Assembly (NCBI GenBank): GCA_964016885.1
Contig: OZ024742.1
Location: 102,982,001 to 103,046,000, forward strand
DNA: 64,000 bases
DNA from: Eledone cirrhosa
Taxonomy: Eukaryota
Direction of reading: 5' to 3'
In this document: positions 54,882 through 64,000 of the stretch, one piece after another
Layout of the letters: each line of letters starts with the position of its first letter
Position numbering within the stretch: position 1 is the stretch's first letter
Made by a program: the position numbers and the translations under genes
Notes under the pieces: model-generated
Seen by the model: only the letters and a program-made list of their open reading frames with translations
What the model was told of the DNA's origin: nothing
The model's database searches: none

Positions 54882-56074
54882 ATGCATAAAACATACATGA
54901 AATACCAGGAATTTCCTTTTTTTAAGCTTTGCCCAGTTATAGCCATTTCAGTTAATTTATGCCGCAAATGACAATGGACAGGGCATGACTATCACAACAT
55001 ATATAATCCCCTCATAAATGCACATACAATAAATCTTATGCCATGTGTCCTTTGCAAGAAATTATGACGTACATAACAGACAAACAAAACCTGTGATTGA
55101 TAGTTTAAGACTAAGTAGCAAGAAAAAATATCAAAAATTAAAACTAAGTCAAAACTAGTGATAAGAGAAATAAAATTGTAATTCTGCGAAGAGACCAGGC
55201 CAAAACACAAGAACCCTTATCTTTTTATTTCATAAAGTTATTCGCACTTAAAAAGTAACTATGTGCATTTGACAGCTATAGCTAGATAGATTTAACTAGT
55301 AAACGGCAGTTTTTCTTTGTACCAACTAGTTTCTGTTTGGAGTGCGCGCACGCGCGTAACTAACATGCTGGCTATGTTTTACAGTACAACAATCAAGTTT
55401 AATATATAATCAATGTATATATGAATGAAAATATGTGTTTGCAGAGAAAATATTTAGTTTTATAACCCTTCAATATATGTTATTTATATGCAAAGACAGT
55501 AGCAATTCTTGAATACAACAATGTTTCTTAAAAACAAGAGAAAGAAAGTAACTGTTTTTCTACTTTTGGCACAAGGCCAGCAATAACTCAGTACATTACT
55601 GGTACAAGAGAAAGACAGTAATGTTTCGAAATATAGTCAGTTCATGCATGTGTGTACGTATGTATGTACGTATCGATGTGTGTACGTATGTGCATTGTGT
55701 TTAACTCTCTGTGGGTGCGTGTGTGTACGTATCTGCTAAGCTGCTTGTTTTTTACTGTATAATGATTACGGAAATTCTGTGAATATGCATGAACATGTAT
55801 TAACTTCCGATCCTTACAGAACTACGTGTATATACATTTTTTTATGTTACCGACTACCTATATATTAAATATTAAATACTGCATCTATATATTGTATATA
55901 TACTGTATATCTATGCGTAACTAAGCTTGTTTTTATTTTAATTTTATTTTTTTTATACAGTTAACGGCACACAGTGTCGTAATAGGTACACACACTACTT
56001 AACGACACACAGTCTTTTAATACGTACACACACTCACTTGAATATGTATCACGAGAGATATGTACACACGCAAA

Positions 56075-56145
56075 GTAAACTGACCAATCAGAAGTCAGCA
56101 ATACAAAACTCGTATATAAACAGCCGCTCTATCCTCTTCATTGTC
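56075..56145 (+). promoter_or_regulatory. GADD45 core promoter: CCAAT box, TATA box, Inr
   Basis: GACCAATCA (CCAAT 56084-56088), TATATAAA 56113-56120 and Inr-like TCATT 56138-56142 at canonical spacing; forkhead-like GTAAAC at 56075. Confidence 0.75.
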
Positions 56146-56325
56146 AAACAGTTCTCTCTTGTCTTACTGTAAGCACATTGCTACTACTACTTCGCTCTAC
56201 ATCTGCGTGATTGCTTTGTTATAACAAACTCGGATATTTTCAATCAACTGTTCCTTTTTATCATCTGGATATTATATACACACACATACATATACATTTT
56301 GTGCATTGCCATCTTTCATACCATT

Positions 56326-56372
56326 ATGATTTTGCCCGAAGATCGTGAAAATACTATACAGTCGTCAGAAAG
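56326..56372 (+). CDS. GADD45: GADD45 coding exon 1 (MILPEDRENTIQSSE, phase-2 donor AG|gtaatt)
   Basis: ATG at 56326 downstream of TATA/Inr; donor gtaatt at 56373; frame joins exon 2. Confidence 0.8.
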
Positions 56373-56788
56373 GTAATTATCATTGGTTTTTCCCCATCGT
56401 TTCTTTGTTTTCTGAACATTCCATGTATAAAGTCTTCTGCTTGTATAGGCATACAGGCAATGTTTTAGGATTAATTTATAAGTTAATTATATATACTTTT
56501 TATTATGCAACATAAGCTGATTCTGTAGTATGCACATAACTATATATATTGACTTTACTGTGCATTATTATAAATTGTGCATTGTATAGATAAGTTTGCT
56601 GGAAAGTTCGAAGAAAAAAAAATCCGAAGAGCTATTTTTTATGTAGGTGGTGGGAAAAGCTAGTGTGGATGGTCTCGCTGAAACAATGGGCTGGTCTCCT
56701 TTCAGTGCAAAAGCGAACAATGCAATGAATGTAATATTTTTAGAATTTCTTTTGTTATAAGTGAGGGTCGATTATATTTGTTATATAA

Positions 56789-56831
<43 letters not shown>

Positions 56832-59800
56832 GCTTCAATGCATGCAGTTAATCGTTATAGTAGTGAGCTTGGATGTTGACCGGCCTTTGTTTAGAATATT
56901 TAGCAAGTATCGTATCGCTTTATAACTTTGTCCTTCCAATGTCCACGTGTATCGATTGAATTAATCCTGTACTCCAGTCAGTGTTTGTTCTCTGAGAACT
57001 TTCCAGTTTGTGTCTGTGTGTTCGTGCACTGATCTTGTTGCGTCATATGGTGCAATAGTCGGCCAAGATTTCGTTCTCGGTTTGGGACTTACACACACAC
57101 ACCTACGCGTGTGCCACGATGGACTATTAACTAACCAGTTTGGATTCGTGGGATACAGGGTTCGAATGTTAACTAGATTTTATGTCTTAGTTGACATTGT
57201 TTAAAATTCAATTCATCGTATGCAAAAAAAGAAAAAGCTTCTTAAATATCAAAGGATCCTTTTAGTATATACTTTTGTCATTAATGCTTATTCTTCATAT
57301 TTACAAAGGTCGTAGTGTTTTTTTAGTTTATGGAATTTATTTGATATCGGGTATTAAACGGAATTCTTTTTGTTAGGTTAAAGTGCGTGTGTGCAACGGT
57401 GTATAATTTTATATAACGTTAATAAAATTTTAATATTGTTCCGTTAGAAAATAATAATGTCAACTTGCAAAAGTTAAATCTAGAAGTAGCTGGATTAAAA
57501 GTTTAAATGTGCGGAATTAATTTGCATTAAACGGTCTCTGTTAGTCGGGGATTTCCTGGAAAGCTCGGGAATTTCAAATACATGTGATCGTAACATGTGT
57601 TAGATTTTTATCAGTTGGAATTAGGGTCAAATATCCTCATACCATTTATATTTATTTTATGAAATTTTAGATTATAAATAACAATTTTATTTATTATTGA
57701 CCGATAAGAATCGACTTTTTTATTTATTTATTTATTTATTTTTTAAAAATTACTTTTAGTTCAGTTGAACCGGTGAAAGCGATTATATTTGTCTTACGGA
57801 TTAGGAAAAAATATTTGTCGACACAAACATCTAGGTAGTACAGAATATGATGCTAGTTATTGACCCTTCTGAATGGGTAACTTTAATTTTGAACTGTTTG
57901 TATTTTTGTTTGTAGGGTGTCGTGTGACGGCAAACTTCGTCACCAGACTTGTGTGATATGTACTGTACTAGTTTCGTCATAAGTTCAAAAAACGACATTC
58001 CTATCTTTTGGTTTATAATAAATTACATAGACTGATCTTTCTTCTTTTTTTTTTCCTTTGAACCCCGTTATTAAAACGATCGTATTAATAGTAAAATAGG
58101 AAACGCTGTAAGCTCTGTCACCCCCCCCCCCCCCCATTTGTTTTACATAAACAATTGTATACTCGCTTTTTTTTTTTTTTTTTTTTTTTTTTCTGTCAAT
58201 TTTTAGCTCTTATTTTCGATTACCTGTAATGTTTTTATTTCTATTTTGTCCACAGAAGCATGGATATCGGCCAGGCTTTGAGCGAATTGATCCTTAAATC
58301 TAGCTCAGAGGGCAGACTGACCTGCGGTGTGGCGAGTTCGGTGAAGTTGTTAGAAATGTAAGTTTTAATTTTATTTGATATTACTTTTTTAAATACGAAA
58401 TAATAAAAAACGCAATTTTAAATTTGTTTTTACCGCATAAAATGTTGAATTCATTGCCAAGATATTTGTTAGTGGCTGGCTATTTATAGATGTTTTTTTG
58501 TTGACAGCTTTATTTAGCTCCTAGACAAAAACAAGTTTGCTCTGGAATTTTTTTTATAAGTAAATAAAAATTCTCGTGACACTTCATGTACTTGTAGGAT
58601 AACAGGTTACCCTGAGAACTTCTGCACGTGTTATACGTGGACGGCTGTTAATAGATGTTCTTACCACGTGCACATTTTTTTCTTTTTTTTTTTCTGTCCT
58701 TTCTGTGGTACAGATTTAAATTTTGTATCAGTTGGTGGTTAACTGATATTTATTCGTAACTCCCGATGGCGTTGTCTTGGGCACTTTACACCTGGCGGGC
58801 CCATCAAGAGGTTGCACTAGTTGGCTATGCTCCCTTACTTTTCGATGGTGCACTCTCAGATTTAGAAACAAATGCTGTGATATACTTATTGCGAATTAGA
58901 ATGCTTACCTAAAATCTTCTAAAGCCGCCTTTGAATATTGGACTGGTACCGCGAAATTGACCTCACGTGTGCAGTGAGTTGGAACGAATACAGCAAGTCA
59001 TGTACTTAATGACTGCTAATTCGCCACATATACTGACTGATTCATAAATTTTATTGGAAAAAAAAAAAATAGGGCTAAATAAGCCAGCCCTTACAGATTT
59101 ATGCCTTCATATTAGTTCTAATTTTAGTAATTATATTTTCTTAGTGCTTTTAACGAACGTTTTCTAACAAACAATTCAACTTTTCTATTTTCTACAGGGG
59201 TCCAAATTTTATTCTACTTTGCATCCTGCCAGTAGATCGGAACCAATCTGTCATGGTCAGCATTCAACAAACATTGGTGGAAGCGTTTTGTCGTGATAAC
59301 GATATAAATCTTGTAAAAGTAGACAGTACTGAGAAATTGTCAGCGCTTGTCAGATATGATGATGACCTAAATGACAACGAACAAGATTATAGGGATTATT
59401 GCTGTGTTCTTGTACAGGTGAGAATTTACCTAAATTTGTTTTTAACCAATATTAGCTTAGTTAGGGTATTCTGCTCAATTGTAAAAGTCGTGAATTTTGT
59501 TCTGGTGGTACCTTGTTTTTGAGCAAGATACGATATTTCACGTGGCTCCAGTTCATTCAGTTGGTAAAAAGGATTTGTACCTGTTATTCAAAGGACTAAC
59601 CTTGTCACACTGTGTGGTGAATGTATTTGGAATATTCAGCCACTTGCATGTTAATTTCAGAACTGATGGGAGTTCAAGGACCGGCTCACTGCTTTGAGCC
59701 CATTCTATCTTGTATGGCTAAAAATGTTTGGCATCAATATTGTTGAATATTTGAAGCTAACAGCATTGTTTTATATTTCAAATCTATTTTGGAATAAAAT

Positions 59801-60178
59801 TAACATTTTCATTACCATATTTCTAATGAATTGCGCTGATTTGAGAATTTACTAAAATTATTTCATTAAGATATTTTCAAAAGGTTCTAAACCCAATTTA
59901 TGGTTATATTTTAATTTACATCGGGACACTTTATAATGGTAGTTCTGTTTCATAGAACCAAAGGTGGGTTGGTATCTAAAGGGTTTATCTATGTATATAC
60001 AATGAGGTTCTGACTAGAAGCTGATTGTTTCAATTTTTCTATTCTCTTTTATCAGGCTCCAAGCTCTTGTTCCGAAAAATGTGAATTCCACAAGTTGAGC
60101 CAATCAATTGTGGATTATTGCAACTCTGTCTGTGAAGACTGGGATACAGAGCAGTCCATTATTGAACTGCCTGGCTGA
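56326..60178 (+). CDS. GADD45: GADD45-family protein (growth arrest and DNA-damage-inducible, L7Ae/Gadd45 fold), 4 coding exons, 163 aa
   Basis: Manual splice join(56326..56372,58256..58357,59198..59417,60056..60178) = 492 nt, all introns GT..AG, open frame: MILPEDRENTIQSSERSMDIGQALSELILKSSSEGRLTCGVASSVKLLEMGPNFILLCILPVDRNQSVMVSIQQTLVEAFCRDNDINLVKVDSTEKLSALVRYDDDLNDNEQDYRDYCCVLVQAPSSCSEKCEFHKLSQSIVDYCNSVCEDWDTEQSIIELPG*. Motifs LTxGVxxxxKLL, TLVEAFCxDNDINLVKV, DxxCVLV and C-terminal IxLP match GADD45 hallmarks. Confidence 0.92.
58256..58357 (+). CDS. GADD45: GADD45 coding exon 2 (102 nt)
   Basis: Acceptor ttttgtccacag, donor gtaagt; encodes SMDIGQALSELILKSSSEGRLTCGVASSVKLLE. Confidence 0.9.
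59198..59417 (+). CDS. GADD45: GADD45 coding exon 3
   Basis: Acceptor ttttctacag, donor gtgaga; includes ORF-track peptide MVSIQQTLVEAFCRDNDINLVKVDS...CCVLVQ. Confidence 0.93.
60056..60178 (+). CDS. GADD45: GADD45 coding exon 4 with TGA stop
   Basis: Acceptor ctcttttatcag; encodes APSS...DYCNSVCEDWDTEQSIIELPG*. Confidence 0.88.
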   Translation, partial: APSSCSEKCEFHKLSQSIVDYCNSVCEDWDTEQSIIELPG

Positions 60179-62929
60179 TTTAATAACCAAATTACTCCAA
60201 AACTACATTGCCTGTAAGTATTCTTGGCTTCTTTGAATTAGTCATTCCATTTGCTTATGAAGTGTAAATAACTTATGATAAATTGGTAGTTTAACATCAT
60301 ATGCTACATTAAACTGCATTAGCATGGCAGGTTTTTAAAAGTACAAAACAGCACTGACTGCATTATATTAAGTCTTTACTCTGATACTACACATTTTTCA
60401 ATCTATCAACTAGTAACGATATGTTTCTAAGGAAACGATCTGGTGGGAGTTGACATTGAATGCTTGAAGAATAATTTAGTTCATTTCTGTAACTGTCTGT
60501 CAAAATGAAGTATAAAAATGGATATAATATTTCGTGTTTGTTCAAAATTGAGTTTTGTATATTCAATTAACTTTATGGAAACATTTTAAAATATATATAT
60601 TTTTTTTTTGTTACAGGGAAAGGCACTCTATAGAGCTGAAAGAGCGGGTTCTTACTGTCTCTTGACTTGTTCTGCTCCACCCCAGGGGGGCCGGTACTGT
60701 CTGCTGTCTTTGAAGTTCTGGCTATTTGGTACAAGACCGAATAAAAAAAACAAAAAAAAAACAGAATCCCTTACCAAAGCAAGTGACAACGCCAGAGTCT
60801 CAAGTACTGAAAGAATCTTTGGACTAATCCTCAATGGAACAATGCTATATTTGGCTGGTACCAGCAATATTCTGTTGCTATAGAACTGCATATACCTTTT
60901 GAGTTTAGGGGTGATCTGTTCCTTTAAGGATCATGTCCAAGATCTAAGATGAGTTCGTGAATAAGTTTCCTACTTTGAACTGAAGCAATGAAGACATTTT
61001 TTAAAGACTTATAACTAGAAACCTAGCATATTTTTGTCTTGATATATCTCAACTTAAAAGAAAGACATTTTGTATTCATGTTATTGTAGGCATGTTTACA
61101 CCATTTGGAGTATTTGGTTTTGAATAAATTTTTTCAAATTTCACAAATATTTTTCTTTTGTTGTGTGAATATGCTGAAGGATATATATTGATTGATGTGG
61201 CACAAAGGCTGTGAGGTTATGATACTGTATTCGCATGAGCAAAGCTTAAAGAAACCCGTGTTGTACTTGAGCAAGAGGTGCTTTGGCTGGTTGCTATTGG
61301 CTAACGGATCACACTTGTCTGTTTTTCAGGAAGCATATCTAGGAGATTTAGCTGCTAATTCTAGCAGGTCAAGTAACTGCATAGTCTCCTCATTGGTTTC
61401 CTTCGAGCTCCACCCAACTTTGTAAGCGAATGAGGTCTGGAATTTTGACAATCAACTGTTATTATATATGGGGATGGAGACATATTTCCATAATGGTTTA
61501 TATGGTACAAGGACACGTTTTGATGACTTGTATGCAAAAGTGAGTTGTCTACTAGAAGCAGCTACCAACATTTTCAATTCTCATTAGTGCATTGTCTGAA
61601 AAGAAAAAAGTGACAGGATGGCTGTGGCTTTTATGCCTTTGATCATAAGGTGCATTCAATCAGGGTTGATTTGGAGTTCTCCTTCCCAGAAGGATAAGAC
61701 AAAGTAATATAATAAAAGATAAATAGCAGCTATTGAAGTTTGCTGTTCTCAAATTTGTACAAATGTGAGACAGCTCCCTTTTAGCCAGCAGCGTAACGGT
61801 TCTGGGTGAAATCATTTAACATCTATTTTTTTTTTTTTTCCCTCCTGCTAGTGAGAATTTAGGTTGCCACAGTCCAAGTCAATGCTTGTTTACATATATG
61901 TTCCTACTGGGTGCATTTTATTGTAAAACCAGCACTGGAGAAGTTGTCATGTCTTTGACATACCTTAAGAGTCCTCTCAATCCTTAGTTTGCCAAATTTT
62001 CTAGGATTGGAATCCCTTATGGAAATATCTTTGTTAGTTAAGGAAATGGCTAATCAAAACGTTCTTGCTGGCATCCTTGATACTATTGATTCACAGAAGT
62101 GCATAAGGCACATAACACTGCATTAATGTAAACAAAGGTCAAGCAAGCCATATAACATTGAATAAATACAAGTTGAGTACATAATTAGTTGACATTTTGC
62201 ATAGGGATACCTCTTTGTAAGTATAATGTAACGGGCTTTATCTGCACACAAATATGTTGAAAAAGTTACTGTAATATAAAAGATATGGATGTTTTACCCG
62301 AGATATTTAAAAAAAATTCCACGGCTACTTTTAAGAAGCTCAACATAAAGGGATACAACATTCCTGGTCAAAGTGAAGATTGCAGACAACTTTAAAGAAA
62401 CGTATTCAAATAGTGAATTCCTGAGATTTAGATTTATTTTAGATAATAAAATTGGGAAGACGGAAACTGTTTTGAAGGCTGTTTCAAGCTGAATCTCCCT
62501 GGGAACTATGTTAAGGGTGTACGCTTCTGTGGAATGCATGGTCACTTCCATGTTAATTTCATGAGTAGTGTTTCCTTGTTCGAACAATTAGAACGCTCAT
62601 TGAAACCCTTCGGTCTCAATTCTGTGTTAATAAAACCGAGAACGGCTGCTATTACGCATTACCTATGTGAATATTTGCTCCTTAATTCTGTTTATTTATA
62701 CAAATAAACTTAATGTTGTTACAATATGCTTCACAATCATGATTCTGGGTTCATTCCCACAGTACATCTTGGCCAAGTATCTTCTACTTTAGTCTCTGGT
62801 CAACAATGTCTTGTGTGTGAAATATGCCTATCGGATGCGCTGTACCTGTTTTGTTGGACATTACTCTTAATCCATTACCTGGTTCAACACGTTTAGTAAA
62901 GTCCCCTCTGTTGGCTTTTAGACCGAGAT

Positions 62930-64000
62930 TGATGCAGGAGGAAACCACACCACATTAAAGAATATTTTGGGGGCTTCTTGGAGTCTTGGACATTTTAGAA
63001 CCTTCCCTGCCAATTTCAAAAGAAAAGAGATATAGAGGAAGAATCAACCTCAAAAAGACAAAGTTAACCGGAGCAGGATTTGAATTGAGTACAAAGAGCC
63101 GGAGCGAATACTGCAAAGCATTCTATCTGATGTTATAATGACGCTGCCAATTTGCTACCTTACACTTTCTATTGATAAAGCCATTAAAAAAAATTTAACA
63201 GCTGCCAGAAGATTTTGAGTAATGGCCAGAATTAAAACATTGGTTATATCATTGTGGTATTTGTTCTGGCTCTTCACTTTCTGAGTTCAAATCCTGTCGA
63301 TGTCCACTTTGCTGCTTTTCATCCTTATGGGGTCGATAAAATAAAGTACCAGTAACACACTGAGGTTGATTTAATCGACTTTCCCTGCCCTCAAAATGGT
63401 TGGCCTGTGTCTAAATCAGAAACTATTATTCTGTAGCAGCATTATAGAGAAACAATTTATACGAGGGTCGGCTGAAAAGTTCATAGGCTGACCAAGATAC
63501 TCATGGAATGATCAAATGAGGTTTATTTTTCAACATAGTCCTTGAAAAGAAACTACAATTATTAATAAGAGTTCAATTTAATGCATGCAAGATTCACAGC
63601 TCTAGCATCACTCCATAGTCAGACTATGAATTTTTCAGCTGACCCTCGTATATCAACTTTCTGTTAGAAGTAAAATGGAGCAGAGGTTATTCAAATTATT
63701 TTCCTAAAATACAGCACAATGCAGTGATTTTTGCAGAGTCGTTAGAGCGTCGGATTAAAGATACCTCAGTATTTATTCCAACTCACTGCGCTCTGAGGTC
63801 AATTTTACCTTTCATCCTTTCAAAGTCGGTAAATAAAGTGCCAGTCAATTCTTCCTTTATCGCATTCTCTCTCTCTCGCCCCGAAAGAAATCAACTGTAT
63901 TCCAGCCTAATGAGTGATGTGCTTCAAGTTAAAATGCCCAAGAAACACTGTATCAGGACGGCTCCTTTTCAATTCTACCAGGAGTTGACAGCTCCTTACT
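62930..64000. mobile_element. SINE copies (- ~62930-63160, + ~63240-63430, + ~63720-64000)
   Basis: Same core as 688-1000. Confidence 0.6.
63462..63648. mobile_element. Tc1/mariner-type MITE
   Basis: TA|cgagggtcggctgaaaagttcataggctgac ... gtcagactatgaatttttcagctgaccctcg|TA, ~31-bp TIRs. Confidence 0.85.

Noticed and set aside
60608-62587. Short ORFs downstream of GADD45 (60608-60883, 61192-61425, 62294-62587)
   Set aside because: No recognisable domains, partly repeat-derived, and no consistent exon chain.

Overview
A repeat-saturated, AT-rich animal genomic window. The tRNA-derived SINE families and microsatellite load point to an octopus or other coleoid cephalopod (inferred, not verified). 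The only host gene I can support is a 4-exon GADD45-family gene (+ strand, CDS join 56326-56372, 58256-58357, 59198-59417, 60056-60178; 163 aa) with a CCAAT/TATA/Inr promoter. The ~55 kb upstream holds no recognisable host gene. It is made of microsatellites, SINEs, RTE/CR1/CRE/R4 LINE remnants, hAT/mariner/pogo-type MITEs and non-autonomous Helitrons. The most striking unexplained structure is a set of short non-coding elements embedded in (TA)n tracts that carry hammerhead-ribozyme (HHR) motifs from at least seven distinct sequence families. Several are fold-back (5'-to-5') dimers whose two arms are different circular permutations of a ~520-nt or ~364-nt unit, as expected for Penelope-type pLTRs or retrozyme-like circular RNAs. 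Other notable items: a head-to-tail RTE/non-autonomous-partner array inside (TACA)n, an RTE with three C-terminal C2H2 fingers, a CRE-like element with a decayed PHD-like finger, a possible SECIS behind a Penelope ORF end, and a 70-bp local templated insertion. All calls were made by eye. Repeat boundaries are approximate.
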